Below, piece by piece: positions 18,050 to 33,901 of a DNA stretch of 64,000 nt; positions within the stretch are counted from its first letter, which is position 1, and each line of letters begins with the position of its first letter. The translations under genes and the position numbers were made by a program. The notes under the pieces were generated by a model that had not been told where the DNA came from, searched no databases, and saw only the letters and a list, made by a program, of their open reading frames with translations. The DNA comes from a virus. The stretch spans positions 1 to 64,000 of IMG/VR virus record IMGVR_UViG_3300032291_001597. One strand, given 5' to 3'.

Positions 18050-18777
18050 TATTTGTAGGTCCTTCTTTCCCAGACTTCTCTCTGATAAACGCCACCATCA
18101 GGGACTCTATATTTTTTAGCATTTTCCATATTTTTGTCATACAATTTTTCTGGTGGTTCAATTATAACTGTTGATTCCCAGTTCTCTCTTTTGAACGGAA
18201 TTAGTTGAGCGTATGGGGTTCCAGCAGGAATCACCCCAGTAAAACCTTTTACTAGAAAGAATGGCATAGTGCCGGGCAGGTTTACCTTGTCGTTGTCGAT
18301 GATTCCATTAGTAGTTATGAAAGGTAATTCATATCTGTTTAGGGGAGTGGTGTATAAAACGCTATACCCTTCTGGGACTTCTACAGCCCAGTCTGCCCAC
18401 CAAGCAAAATGCTGTTCGTAGAAACCTTCTGGGTGTGTGAACTGTGGGAGTGGCTCTCTGTAGGTACAAAAGTCCTGATAATAAGGATTATCAATCTTCA
18501 CATCGATTCGACCTTGCTCGTTGATAAAAAACTCTACGTCGCAGGGGGTCTTATACACATATCCAGAACCCATTACGTCGTAGATAGCGGGGCAAGCCTT
18601 CCAAGTTGGAATTTTGCCGTTATCAGGACCTATGGCATATTCACCATTATGTGGATTTTTGTAGTGCCTATCAGCATTGATGTACCAATCGGGGATGGTC
18701 TTTATGATTGGCTCTGGCTTGGAGATACTGATTTGAGTCAACCAAGGTCTGTTAGATACAAATTTAATTTCTGGCAT
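18049..18777 (-). CDS. DUF6065-like beta-rich protein
   Basis: WKACP, GYVYKTPCD, PEGYSVLYTTP, GIIDND, IPAGTPYAQLIPFKRE. Confidence 0.55.
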   Translation of the reverse strand: MPEIKFVSNRPWLTQISISKPEPIIKTIPDWYINADRHYKNPHNGEYAIGPDNGKIPTWKACPAIYDVMGSGYVYKTPCDVEFFINEQGRIDVKIDNPYYQDFCTYREPLPQFTHPEGFYEQHFAWWADWAVEVPEGYSVLYTTPLNRYELPFITTNGIIDNDKVNLPGTMPFFLVKGFTGVIPAGTPYAQLIPFKRENWESTVIIEPPEKLYDKNMENAKKYRVPDGGVYQREVWERRTYK

Positions 18778-19480
18778 TTTTTGTCTTGTCTGTTGTGATT
18801 AGGCTGATGTTTCTTACTTCGTGACGACCCATTGAGTCGCCATTCTCATTTACAGCGTTTTTGTAAAAATTTGACCAGTCGCCATTTAGGTTGTGCTGGT
18901 GGACCGCCATTCCGTAAGAAGCCATCCTCTGCCAGTCTGCTTCTTCAAAGTTAGCATCCTCCACTAGAACTTCATAAGTTTGCAAATTTGCCAAGGAAAT
19001 AGGCAAAACAGATGCGACCGGGGTTCCCGCTGGGATTGTAATTTCTACGTTTGGTTTAGTTATTCTCCAAGCAACTGGCAGGGCACTGTCTAAAAATGAA
19101 GTGCTGATTAGGGTAGTAAAGCAATATGTACCATCAATAAATTGATTAGGAACAGGCATCACCAAAGTAGTTACATCTTCGTCAGTCTCGAAATGTAAAT
19201 TAGTGTTAAAACTGATAGTCGCATTTCCTCTATTAGTAGAGCAATACTGTTCACCAGCAATTATTTTCACGTGCTGATTGGTTGTATCAGAAATGCCGTC
19301 CCAGATAAAAACAATATCTTCAGGGAAAGAAATGCCCCACCCCATCCTGTTGGTTAGAGTAAGTGGGAAGCAGTGATAAGAGTGTCTACCAGCAGTCTCC
19401 TCCATCCAATCCCTAGCGACTGGTAACTGCTTAATCTCAGCGGTCGAAGAGGTGGATTTTTTGACTCTTATTGTCGGCAC
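18764..19480 (-). CDS. DUF6065-family protein
   Basis: RDWM...YHCFPLTLTNRMGW, PVPN, IPAGTPVASVLP. Confidence 0.65.
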   Translation of the reverse strand: MPTIRVKKSTSSTAEIKQLPVARDWMEETAGRHSYHCFPLTLTNRMGWGISFPEDIVFIWDGISDTTNQHVKIIAGEQYCSTNRGNATISFNTNLHFETDEDVTTLVMPVPNQFIDGTYCFTTLISTSFLDSALPVAWRITKPNVEITIPAGTPVASVLPISLANLQTYEVLVEDANFEEADWQRMASYGMAVHQHNLNGDWSNFYKNAVNENGDSMGRHEVRNISLITTDKTKNARN

Positions 19481-20250
19481 TAACTTCCTGTCTCTTGAGA
19501 GAACTCTGCACTCTTGTGGAACTTGTCCGAGAAGTCGGTCATAGTCACGATTGAATACTTAGTTCCTTCAGTTACGGGCATAGCCTGATGCGGATACATA
19601 AAGTTAGATGGGAAGATATAGAGGTCTCCTGCCCTCGGCTTTACCTTTAGGTTTAGAAGCCTAAAGAATAGTTCTCCGCCCTCATAATCATCGTTTGGAT
19701 AGGCAACCATGGAAACGACGCAGTTGTATGAGTAGCCGTGGTCGTGGTGCTCCATAAAGTGCTGGTTCTTCTCATACTTGATGAAGTTCATTGCTTCCCA
19801 ATAGCGAAGTTCACCGATGTTGTGGCGCTTTGCGTAGTCCTTAAGAGCATTGATTTGTCGGTCATAAACGTCTTGCCACAGTTGCTGTAGTTTTAGCGAA
19901 TCTTCGGACTTTACATGGGCAATGCTGTCCTTTGTAAACTTAAAGTCATAACAGTCTCGATACTCGGGCATCTTAGTCATGTATCCGACCATTGCTTCTT
20001 GGTAAGCAAATTCGCTATCTGGATTTAAGATAACTTCTTCAAGGCGCTGAATGATTTTCATGTCAGTCGGCAGGGCGTCTCTATAGACGTAGAGTCCAAA
20101 TCCGAGTTCTTCTACTGAAGACCAAGTCTGCTCTTTGACCGTGTAGTATTCCTGAATTCTACGACTAATCTCTTGTATTTCTGAGTTGTCCATTTTTCCT
20201 CCATCTGAGTGTAAAAAGATATTATCACGGATGAAGAAAAAATACATCAA
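19480..20250 (-). CDS. 2OG-Fe(II) oxygenase (prolyl-4-hydroxylase-like)
   Basis: HHD, YPNDDYEGGEL, FPSNFMYPH, KYSIV; true start probably the downstream MDNSE. Confidence 0.85.
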   Translation of the reverse strand: MMYFFFIRDNIFLHSDGGKMDNSEIQEISRRIQEYYTVKEQTWSSVEELGFGLYVYRDALPTDMKIIQRLEEVILNPDSEFAYQEAMVGYMTKMPEYRDCYDFKFTKDSIAHVKSEDSLKLQQLWQDVYDRQINALKDYAKRHNIGELRYWEAMNFIKYEKNQHFMEHHDHGYSYNCVVSMVAYPNDDYEGGELFFRLLNLKVKPRAGDLYIFPSNFMYPHQAMPVTEGTKYSIVTMTDFSDKFHKSAEFSQETGS

Positions 20251-20253
20251 CTC

Positions 20254-21000
20254 TTAGTACATAGGTACTAGACCGAATCTAGGCGGGAAAAAAGGTGGGA
20301 AGAATGGCGGAGCAAAATAAGGTGGGAAGAATGGTGGAGCAAAATAAGGTGGGAAGAATGGTGGGAAAAACGGCGGGAAGAATGGTGGGAAGAATGGGGC
20401 CAAGGTGTCAATCGAGTTTGAGTAGGCAGAGACTGTCGAGTTTCCGTTAGCGTTGGCTGCTATTACGCGATAAGCATTTGTAGAGTTTCCAGTGCCTTCT
20501 TGGGCTACGGTTACCGACGTGGATACCGTGTTACCACTCTTGCCATCATCGCACTGCCAGTAGTAAATGCTAATAGTCTTACCACCAGTTGCTGGGGCAG
20601 ACCAGTTGACTACGTCTTGGTCGGCAACGGTGGATGATGCGGTTGGAGCATTGGGGGTTGCTGGAACGCTAGTGACTGTTACAGAGGAAGAAGGGGAAGA
20701 AGGAGCGGAGTTTCCGCTAGCGTTTCCAGCAATTACCGTAAAGGTATAGGCAGTGTTTGAAGTAAGACCGCCAATTGTAATTGGAGAAGATGCTCCGTTT
20801 ACGGTTATGCTATCTGGATTGGAAGTTACATAATAAATAGTCGCTGCTGGTGAGCCACCGGGCAGTGAAAAAGAAACAGTTGCCGCAGCGTTACCAAACG
20901 CCCTGCCAGTACCAACGTCAGTGGCAGAAACGCTAGTTGGCACTGATGGCTGTAAGAAGTCGTTTTGTTGCTGTGACTTTCTTCCTGCTCTTTTCGACAT
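20254..21000 (-). CDS. Two-FN3-domain protein with C-terminal (PPFF/PPYFA)n repeat
   Basis: GLTSNTAYTFTVIAGNASG and YRVIAANANG FN3 motifs; tail APFFPPFFPPFFPPFFPPYFAPPFFPPYFAPPFFPPFFPPRF; SD GGGAGAG. Confidence 0.8.
   Translation of the reverse strand: MSKRAGRKSQQQNDFLQPSVPTSVSATDVGTGRAFGNAAATVSFSLPGGSPAATIYYVTSNPDSITVNGASSPITIGGLTSNTAYTFTVIAGNASGNSAPSSPSSSVTVTSVPATPNAPTASSTVADQDVVNWSAPATGGKTISIYYWQCDDGKSGNTVSTSVTVAQEGTGNSTNAYRVIAANANGNSTVSAYSNSIDTLAPFFPPFFPPFFPPFFPPYFAPPFFPPYFAPPFFPPFFPPRFGLVPMY
20281..20402 (-). repeat. Coding repeat for the PPFF tail
   Basis: Degenerate 12/15-nt units such as GGTGGGAAGAAT on the + strand. Confidence 0.85.
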
Positions 21001-21015
21001 TTAATCTCTCCCGTA

Positions 21016-25946
<4,931 letters not shown>

Positions 25947-25947
<1 letters not shown>

Positions 25948-26312
25948 TATCTAGTAACCTCCGCACGGACCACAAAGTTTCCGTATAAAAGACGAGTGAC
26001 TGTTCCACTTACTGGGGCAATTATTTCTAGGTCATAGACATATTTGTCTGCTACGACGTTAGCCATATCTGATGCCGATACTGTCAGTTCAAATATGCCG
26101 TTCGCTCCATCTACTGAAATTCTATTATTTTCAGTAGTCAAAACTAGGACGGTGGTATTTGAGGCTGCTGTGTCACGGACATGCATACGAGCGGTATATC
26201 CAGTCGTATTGATTGCAGTTCGAGCCGAATCCTTCCAAGTCACGGTCTGCGACAAAGTAGCGCCTTGGTCGGCGATAACGTTGTATAGTCCTGCTGGGGA
26301 GTAACGGCTCAA
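25947..26312 (-). CDS. Virion structural protein (BppU-N-like adaptor upstream of the fibre)
   Basis: [37 protein letters not shown]. Confidence 0.7.
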
Positions 26313-26459
26313 TTTTGCTCTTTCGAAAGAGGATGTAGTCCCTATTATTTTACAATAAACGCCACTAAGTGTGTTTAGAAAAGGGCGGAACTCAACTCAG
26401 CGGGGCGGCTAAAATTGAGCGTCTTGACAGTCTAAAAGCCAGTCTTTGGCTTTTCTCTA

Positions 26460-26663
26460 TTATCGGATTAGTAATCTTTCCGACTCATCAAGAACTTGCA
26501 GTGCCAACGGTGAAAGGGATTCACTGTTGTGCTTCCAGTGGTGTAGACAGAAAAACAGTTCTCCTGACTCTAGTTGGACATAGACGTACGCTTGCGCTTG
26601 GCAAGCATCGCAGCGGTCCGAAGTATTTATTAAATAGTCTTCAACTTGAGTTTCTGGCTCCAC
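26460..26663 (-). CDS. Small actinobacterial-type Cys/His protein
   Basis: DRCDACQAQAYV...LFFCLHH, a pattern common in Actinomycetota. Confidence 0.65.
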   Translation of the reverse strand: MEPETQVEDYLINTSDRCDACQAQAYVYVQLESGELFFCLHHWKHNSESLSPLALQVLDESERLLIR

Positions 26664-27632
26664 AGTTATGATTATAAGATGCTTAATTACCCCTTATTTT
26701 CCTCTTTTGGAGGTTCTGTCAAAAAAGTCAGGCGTTTGATAGACCCTGAGGTGAAGACTTGGTCAGCAACCAACCCGTCTATTGCTTACTCTGATGGGGG
26801 CGGTCTGGTTATGGCAATTAGGTCAAGTAACTATGTGGTAAACCCTGAAACAGGTGAATACAGCGTCACTACTGGTAATAAAATACAAAATAAAGTATAT
26901 TTTTGCGAATTAAATTTTGATTTAGAGATTGAGAATTTAAGGGAAATAAAGTTTGACTCGATACCGCTTGCAGATGAGGACTTGAAAGTGGTCAGAGGCG
27001 CTGAGGACGCAAAACTTTTTTGGCGAAACGGTGCTTGGCATTTCACTGCCGTTATGAAAGAGCCTTACGGAATACCTATTCCAAGACTGGCGAAATTTAT
27101 TATAAAAAATGATGTTGCTCACTTTTTAGACTTAAACGGATTTGTCAACGAAGACAATAAAAAAGCAGAAAAAAATTGGATGACCCCTTATGAAGAAAAC
27201 CCAAACTTTGATTACGTATACGGACCTAATCAAATTGTGAAAGACAGAGAACTAATAACTATCAGAGACCTAAATGATGAAATAAAAAATTTTAGAGGAG
27301 GCTCTAACCTGTGGGACCTAGGGGATTCTACATATTTGGCAATAGGACACAAAACTTATATAAAAAAGATTGAATATTTTTGTTCCAGAAGATTCGGGGT
27401 GGTGGGGGCAGAACTAAGAAACTACGAACATAGGTTTGCTCGATACGACTACTACGGAAAACTTATCCAACTATCCAAGCCTTTTCAGTTTATAAGTGGT
27501 GGAATCGAATTTGCTGCTGGGCTTGTTGTCTTAGATAATCAAGTGGTGGTATCGTTTGGTAAAAATGATGCGGCTTCTTATCTAGCCAGCATTAATTTGG
27601 ACAAAGTGATGGAAATGTTGAGAGACGTATGA
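26646..27632 (+). CDS. Five-bladed beta-propeller glycoside hydrolase/phosphorylase-like protein
   Basis: NPSI, GAEDAKLF, EKNW, RGGS, IEFAAGL, SFGKND; true start probably ATG 26679. Confidence 0.65.
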   Translation: MSFWLHSYDYKMLNYPLFSSFGGSVKKVRRLIDPEVKTWSATNPSIAYSDGGGLVMAIRSSNYVVNPETGEYSVTTGNKIQNKVYFCELNFDLEIENLREIKFDSIPLADEDLKVVRGAEDAKLFWRNGAWHFTAVMKEPYGIPIPRLAKFIIKNDVAHFLDLNGFVNEDNKKAEKNWMTPYEENPNFDYVYGPNQIVKDRELITIRDLNDEIKNFRGGSNLWDLGDSTYLAIGHKTYIKKIEYFCSRRFGVVGAELRNYEHRFARYDYYGKLIQLSKPFQFISGGIEFAAGLVVLDNQVVVSFGKNDAASYLASINLDKVMEMLRDV

Positions 27633-27856
27633 GTACAGAACTATTAGAAGCACCAGCAACTAAATCTACTGATAACGAAGAGAATCACTTTGCTCACTAT
27701 GCGGAGGCTGCTAAAGTCACCGAGTCTTACGTTATGGGAAATCCTATAGAGGCTTTATGTGGCAAGATTTTTGTGCCTCATAGGGACCCGAAAAAATATC
27801 CCGTTTGCCCTGAATGTCGTGAAATTATGGATGCCCTGTTTTTATCGGGCGAATAA
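27629..27856 (+). CDS. DUF3039-family protein
   Basis: HFAHYA, ALCGKIFVP.RDPKKYPVCPEC. Confidence 0.8.
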   Translation: MSTELLEAPATKSTDNEENHFAHYAEAAKVTESYVMGNPIEALCGKIFVPHRDPKKYPVCPECREIMDALFLSGE

Positions 27857-27860
27857 TTTT

Positions 27861-27955
27861 TGCTATACTTATTCAACATCCAATACCAGATAGCCCGCTT
27901 TTCGGGCGCTTTAGTGCCCCCAAATTTGGTCGCTATTTGGTTTGGATTTTTATTT
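27861..27955 (+). promoter_or_regulatory. nrdIEF promoter and structured leader
   Basis: Extended -10 TGCTATACT (27861-27869); 16-bp stem 27878-27894/27932-27947 followed by a T-rich tract. Confidence 0.5.
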
Positions 27956-27981
27956 ATTTACGGTCAATTTGGGAGTCGTCA

Positions 27982-28371
27982 GTGGAGATAGTTTATTTCT
28001 CTAACCACTCTGGCAATACTAAAAAATTTGTCGAAAAATTAACTGACGCGCCGATTCGCATCCCTATCAAATGGGAGGAGTCCGAGCCTCTGATTGTTAA
28101 TAAACCTTATGTTTTGTTTGTCCCTACTTATGGTGGAGGCAATGATTCACACGTTGTGCCAAAGCAAGTTGTTAAATTTCTAAACATCTTGGATAATAGG
28201 CAGAACATAAAAGCAGTAGTCGGTATGGGAAACACCAATTTTGGTGAGCACTATTGCCGAGGAGCAGAAGTTGTTGCTCAAAAAACAGGTGTGCCAGTGA
28301 TATACAAAGTTGAAATTACTGGAACTTTAGACGACGTTATGGAAGTAAATAAAAGAATGGAGTTGCTGTGA
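27982..28371 (+). CDS. nrdI: Class Ib RNR flavodoxin NrdI
   Basis: [24 protein letters not shown]; GTG start after SD GGGAG. Confidence 0.92.
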   Translation: MEIVYFSNHSGNTKKFVEKLTDAPIRIPIKWEESEPLIVNKPYVLFVPTYGGGNDSHVVPKQVVKFLNILDNRQNIKAVVGMGNTNFGEHYCRGAEVVAQKTGVPVIYKVEITGTLDDVMEVNKRMELL

Positions 28372-30482
28372 CAGATTACAGTTACCACGAACTAAACGCG
28401 ATGCTCAACCTTTACGATGATGAAGGCAAGATTCAATTTGGTAAGGACAAAGAGGCAGCACGCGCTTACTTCCTAGACCACGTAAACCAGAACACCGTCT
28501 TCTTCCACTCGATTGAGGAAAAACTCCACTACTTAGTTGAGAACGAGTACTACGAGAAGGAAGTTCTAGACCAGTATGACCCTGAGTTCGTAAAAGAAGC
28601 CTTCAAGCACGCCTACGCTTACAAGTTCCGCTTTGATGCTTTCCTAGGTGCCTACAAGTTTTACACCTCTTACGCCCTAAAGACTTTTGATGGCTCGCGT
28701 TACTTAGAGCGCTTTGAAGACCGAATCGTAATGAACTCCCTAACCTTGGCTGCTGGAGACAAGAAGCAAGTTCTTGCGCTAATTGACGAAATTATTACTG
28801 GACGTTTTCAGCCTGCTACTCCAACTTTCTTAAACGCTGGTAAGAAGCAGCGCGGCGAGTTCGTCTCCTGCTTCCTACTTCGCATCGAAGACAACATGGA
28901 GTCGATTGCTCGTGCAGTCAACTCTGCTCTACAACTTTCAAAGCGTGGTGGCGGAGTGGCATTGAGCCTAAGCAACTTGCGCGAGCACGGAGCACCAATT
29001 AAGAAAATTGAGGGTCAGTCATCTGGTGTAATTCCTGTAATGAAAATGCTAGAAGATGCTTTCTCATACGCCAACCAGTTGGGTGCCCGTCAGGGTGCAG
29101 GAGCGGTCTACCTAAACGCCCACCACCCAGACATCTTGAAGTTCTTGGACACCAAGCGTGAGAACGCTGACGAGAAGATTCGTATCAAGACTCTTTCCAT
29201 CGGTGTGGTTATTCCAGACATCACTGTCGAATTGGCTAAAACGAACGAAGATATGTACCTCTTCTCTCCTTATGACGTAGAGCGTGTATATGGCGTTCCG
29301 TTCGGCGACATCTCGGTTACTGATAAGTATCAAGAAATGGTAGATGACCCTCGTATCAAGAAGAGCAAGATTAAGGCTCGTGTTTTGTTTGAGCGTATTG
29401 CGGAACTTCAGTTTGAGTCTGGCTACCCATACATCATGTATGAGGACACCGTGAACAAGGCAAACCCTGTCGAGGGTCGTATCAATATGTCAAACCTCTG
29501 CTCTGAAATTCTTCAGGTCAACACTCCAACCACCTATAACAACGACCTGTCTTACAAGGAAATTGGTAATGACATCTCTTGTAACTTGGGTTCGATGAAC
29601 ATCGCTAAGGTGATGGACGGTGGAGACATTCTAAAAACTGTTGAAACCTCTATTCGTGCCCTGACTTCAGTTTCAGACCTGAGTTACATTGACTCAGTTA
29701 TGTCTATTGCCGAAGGAAACAAGCGTTCCCGCGCTATTGGACTAGGTCAAATGAACCTCCACGGATACTTTGGTCGTGAAAAAATTCACTATGGCTCGGA
29801 AGAGGCGTTGGACTTTACCAACATCTACTTCTACACCGTGCTGTTCCACGCTGTAAAAGCATCAAACAAGTTGGCGATTGAGCGAGACTCTAAGTTCCAC
29901 AACTTTGAAAACTCGAAGTATGCCAGCGGCGAGTTCTTCACTAAGTACATTGAGAACGAGTGGAAGCCTAAGACCAAGCGTGTAGAAAAGTTGTTTGCTG
30001 ACGCTGGAATCGAAATCCCTAACCAAGAGGACTGGAAAAAGTTGGCTACCAAAGTTGCCAAGCACGGCATCTACAACCAGAACCTTCAGGCTGTGCCACC
30101 GACTGGTTCGATTTCTTACATCAATAACTCGACCTCTAGCATCCACCCGATTGCTTCTCAGATTGAGATTCGCAAGGAAGGTAAGTTGGGTCGCGTCTAC
30201 TACCCAGCGCCTTATCTGACCAACGACAACCGAGAATATTTCAAAGATGCTTATGAAATTGGTCCAGAAGCAATTATCGACACTTACGCTGAGGCAACCC
30301 AGCACGTTGACCAAGGTCTATCGCTAACCCTCTTCTTCAAGGACACCGCAACCACTCGCGATGTCAACCGTGCACAGATTTACGCATGGAAAAAGGGCAT
30401 CAAGACCATTTACTACATTCGCATTCGCCAGATGGCTCTCGACGGCACTGACGTCGAAGGCTGTGTCTCCTGCATGCTCTAA
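28368..30482 (+). CDS. nrdE: Class Ib ribonucleotide reductase alpha subunit
   Basis: [39 protein letters not shown]-terminal CVSCML. Confidence 0.97.
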   Translation: MTDYSYHELNAMLNLYDDEGKIQFGKDKEAARAYFLDHVNQNTVFFHSIEEKLHYLVENEYYEKEVLDQYDPEFVKEAFKHAYAYKFRFDAFLGAYKFYTSYALKTFDGSRYLERFEDRIVMNSLTLAAGDKKQVLALIDEIITGRFQPATPTFLNAGKKQRGEFVSCFLLRIEDNMESIARAVNSALQLSKRGGGVALSLSNLREHGAPIKKIEGQSSGVIPVMKMLEDAFSYANQLGARQGAGAVYLNAHHPDILKFLDTKRENADEKIRIKTLSIGVVIPDITVELAKTNEDMYLFSPYDVERVYGVPFGDISVTDKYQEMVDDPRIKKSKIKARVLFERIAELQFESGYPYIMYEDTVNKANPVEGRINMSNLCSEILQVNTPTTYNNDLSYKEIGNDISCNLGSMNIAKVMDGGDILKTVETSIRALTSVSDLSYIDSVMSIAEGNKRSRAIGLGQMNLHGYFGREKIHYGSEEALDFTNIYFYTVLFHAVKASNKLAIERDSKFHNFENSKYASGEFFTKYIENEWKPKTKRVEKLFADAGIEIPNQEDWKKLATKVAKHGIYNQNLQAVPPTGSISYINNSTSSIHPIASQIEIRKEGKLGRVYYPAPYLTNDNREYFKDAYEIGPEAIIDTYAEATQHVDQGLSLTLFFKDTATTRDVNRAQIYAWKKGIKTIYYIRIRQMALDGTDVEGCVSCML

Positions 30483-31456
<974 letters not shown>

Positions 31457-31457
<1 letters not shown>

Positions 31458-31642
31458 TGCCTACTTACGATTATGTTTGCGACAAGAATAAAGAACACAA
31501 ATACACCGAGGTAAGAAGTATCCACGCGGACCAACAGCAGACAACTTGCGCTGCTAATGGTTGCGATGGTAAACTCAATCAAATAGTTTCGGCTCCACCA
31601 ATTATCTTCAAAGGTAGCGGGTTTAGTTCGAACCGTGGATAA
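31457..31642 (+). CDS. FmdB-family zinc-ribbon protein
   Basis: MPTYDYVC...C...C...IIFKGSGF. Confidence 0.8.
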
Positions 31643-31658
31643 CTGGAAAGAGTAAAAC

Positions 31659-31970
31659 TTGTCTCTAGGCGTTTTTCTGTCCGACGAAGAAATAGAAAAA
31701 TTTAGCAAGTATGGTCCGCCAATGTGCGCTGAAACTGACCCAGAGGCTTTCTTCCCTCAAGAAAACTACGACTCTCGTGGAAATTTGATAAGTTCTTCTT
31801 ATTATGACGAATCTGGCGCAAAAGCGCTTTGTAATGCTTGTCCTTACAAAATAGAGTGCTTGGCATTGGCTATCAAGTTACAGGCAGAAGGTATTTGGGG
31901 CGGGACAAATGCCAATGAACGCAACCTGCTAGTGAAACGAATGAAGCGTGCTGGTAAACTTCTAAAATAG
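31659..31970 (+). CDS. whiB: WhiB-family transcription factor
   Basis: CAETDPEAFFP...AKALCNACP...C...GIWGG. Confidence 0.88.
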   Translation: MSLGVFLSDEEIEKFSKYGPPMCAETDPEAFFPQENYDSRGNLISSSYYDESGAKALCNACPYKIECLALAIKLQAEGIWGGTNANERNLLVKRMKRAGKLLK

Positions 31971-32047
31971 GCAATCCATAAAAGAGGTAAAATAGATGTA
32001 ATGCCCTTGGGAGAGAGGCTTTAATAACTCACTCTTAGGGAGAAAAC

Positions 32048-32308
32048 ATGGAAATCGTAAAAACAATCTTCAAGCGTACGATTGCGCTTGTAATCCTCAA
32101 GGTCAGCGCGGTTCTTGCTGCTGGTAGTCTCGGTGGCGTAGAACTTTGGCAGTCAGCCCTTATCGCCGCTTTTGTCGGTGTCATGGAAGTTGCTGAATCT
32201 CTAGCCCGTGCCTATGTTGTAGACGGAAACCTGAGCGAAGACGAAATCAACGTTGCGTTCGCATCGTCTGCTGAGGCTGAAGTTGCTAAGAACAAGGGAA
32301 CTCGCTAG
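32048..32308 (+). CDS. Small two-TM membrane protein (holin-like)
   Basis: Two hydrophobic segments; GGTAAAAT promoter near 31986; SD AGGGAG. Confidence 0.6.
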   Translation: MEIVKTIFKRTIALVILKVSAVLAAGSLGGVELWQSALIAAFVGVMEVAESLARAYVVDGNLSEDEINVAFASSAEAEVAKNKGTR

Positions 32309-32317
32309 TCATTAAAT

Positions 32318-32348
32318 AAGAAACCCCCTCTTTCGAGGGGGTTTTCTT
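32318..32348. terminator. Bidirectional intrinsic terminator
   Basis: AAACCCCCTC-TTTC-GAGGGGGTTT between convergent genes. Confidence 0.85.
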
Positions 32349-32355
32349 GTTTAAC

Positions 32356-32814
32356 CTACTTCTTGAGTTTGGTTCTAGCAACTCCATAGTAAAGGGGGTT
32401 AGAAGAACTTAGCCCCAAGCCTTTGGCAATCTTGGTTAGCGAGATTCCGTTGTCCTCGTACTCGTGGCGAAGTGCTTCGTGATACTCCTCCACGCTCTTG
32501 TCCTTGGCAATCTTGATGCGCTCTATTGCTTCCGCTAGTTGCTCTGGAGTTGCCTTGCTACGAATCCTCTTGGTTGCTGGAGCAATGCCTACAGTGGTGA
32601 CGCGTCTGCGTACACCAGCGTATGTGACTCCTACAGCGTTAGAGATGGCGATAAGACTTCCACCCTTTGAGTAATACTCAACTAGTAGGCGAGTGTATTC
32701 ACGGCTAGCGTCGTGCTGAGGCGATTTGGTGTTGCGTGAGCCGTAAGCCTTGCGAGCCAATGGCAATAGTTCCTTTAGGAGTGGAGCGTAGTGCTCTACT
32801 AATTGTTCTGACAT
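32356..32814 (-). CDS. Tandem-HTH DNA-binding protein
   Basis: Two HTH-like repeats: SLIAISNAVGVTYAGVRRR and SLTKIAKGLGLSSSNPLY. Confidence 0.65.
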   Translation of the reverse strand: MSEQLVEHYAPLLKELLPLARKAYGSRNTKSPQHDASREYTRLLVEYYSKGGSLIAISNAVGVTYAGVRRRVTTVGIAPATKRIRSKATPEQLAEAIERIKIAKDKSVEEYHEALRHEYEDNGISLTKIAKGLGLSSSNPLYYGVARTKLKK

Positions 32815-32930
32815 TATGTCCTTTCAAGTCATTTGTCTTTAGGTCGAAACCTTTATACCTGATTATAGACAGAACGTTTATAAAATCGCAAATTAATTGC
32901 GTCCGCTGTCAGAGAACTAGTGACTGGCTT

Positions 32931-33533
32931 TTAGTTAGGGTACTTGCTTTTATCTGAGTGAGTAAACATTGTAAGCGCGTATCTTTCACCTGAAATTACT
33001 TCTTTGACCCCGTGCTGGTATTCCTCGCTACCTGGGTGAATCACAATGCTGTGCTTCTTAGGCTTCATAGATAGGGCTTTTTGAGGATAGTAAATCTCCC
33101 CTCCCGTATAGTCGTCATTCAAATAAATAACGAAGCCGTGAAGGATGTCACTATTTCCTTCGTGTGGACCTCTGTCACTATGCACTGGCATTGAGTCTCC
33201 AGATTTGAATCTATTTATACAGTTAATGTAGGAGTAAGAAACCTGCCCCTTTAGTTCGGGGTATGTCTTTTCGTATAATAGTCTGGCTTTTATTTCTATC
33301 TCTCTTAGAACGTTTCGGTCTAAATCTGGCATTTCTGTTACAAAAAGGCTTTTGCCTTCCCAAAAATTAGAGTGGTCGTCTTTTTCTTTTGGCACTTGTC
33401 CGTCGGTCCACTTGGCTCTAGCCTGAAACTCGGCGGTGGAGATTAGGTAGTCAGCCTGCTCTTCTGTGATGAAATCTTCTTCTATAAGAATTTTGGTGTT
33501 TCCGTAAAAATAAGCCATAGCAAATTTTACCAT
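32931..33533 (-). CDS. 2OG-Fe(II) oxygenase
   Basis: HSD, YLNDDYTGGEI, HGV, RY. Confidence 0.85.
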   Translation of the reverse strand: MVKFAMAYFYGNTKILIEEDFITEEQADYLISTAEFQARAKWTDGQVPKEKDDHSNFWEGKSLFVTEMPDLDRNVLREIEIKARLLYEKTYPELKGQVSYSYINCINRFKSGDSMPVHSDRGPHEGNSDILHGFVIYLNDDYTGGEIYYPQKALSMKPKKHSIVIHPGSEEYQHGVKEVISGERYALTMFTHSDKSKYPN

Positions 33534-33573
33534 TTTGTCTGGAAACTGAATTTGTTTGTGTTATAGTTTCTTC

Positions 33574-33759
33574 CAACAGGTTGTCGACGGAGAACCTGGA
33601 GTATGGCTGAATAATCCTCAAAGTCAAATGGGGAGGATAAGGCAACGTCTGACCTTAGCGGGTCGCCTTAGCGGGCAAAGGGCGGGTGTGCTCAAAAGCG
33701 GTACTGATGAACCGTATTGACTAGGCACTGGTGGTAAAAGGCAATCCACCTACTCACCA
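33574..33759 (+). ncRNA. Structured pseudoknotted ncRNA with tRNA-like ends (manA-motif-like)
   Basis: Extended -10 TGTTATAGT; stems CAGGTT/AACCTG, ATCCTC/GAGGAT, AAGGC/GCCTT, GCGGT/ACCGT, GGTGG/CCACC, GAGTA/TACTC; pseudoknot AGTCAA (33622-27)/TTGACT (33717-22); ends in ACCA. The family resemblance is from memory only. Confidence 0.6.
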
Positions 33760-33790
33760 CCACTCCTCTCATTAATGGGGAGTGGTACCC

Positions 33791-33861
33791 GCGTGTGTAG
33801 TTCAATGGCAGAACTCCAGTTTTCCAAACTGGTAGCGCAGGTTCGATTCCTGCTACACGCT
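33791..33861 (+). tRNA. tRNA-Gly(TCC)
   Basis: Acceptor GCGTGTG/TACACGC, D arm GTTC/GAAC, anticodon arm CCAGT-TTTCCAA-ACTGG, T loop TTCGATT; CCA not encoded. Confidence 0.93.
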
Positions 33862-33901
33862 CAAGTAAGGCATTGACAAAATGTCAGTGGTGTAGTGTAT
33901 A

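Noticed and set aside
27917-27932. NrdR box upstream of nrdI
   Set aside because: Only the core CnAnATnTnG matches and no second tandem box was found; too weak to call
33451-33645. Minus-strand 64-aa ORF
   Set aside because: Overlaps the oxygenase start and the structured RNA; the RNA explains the region better
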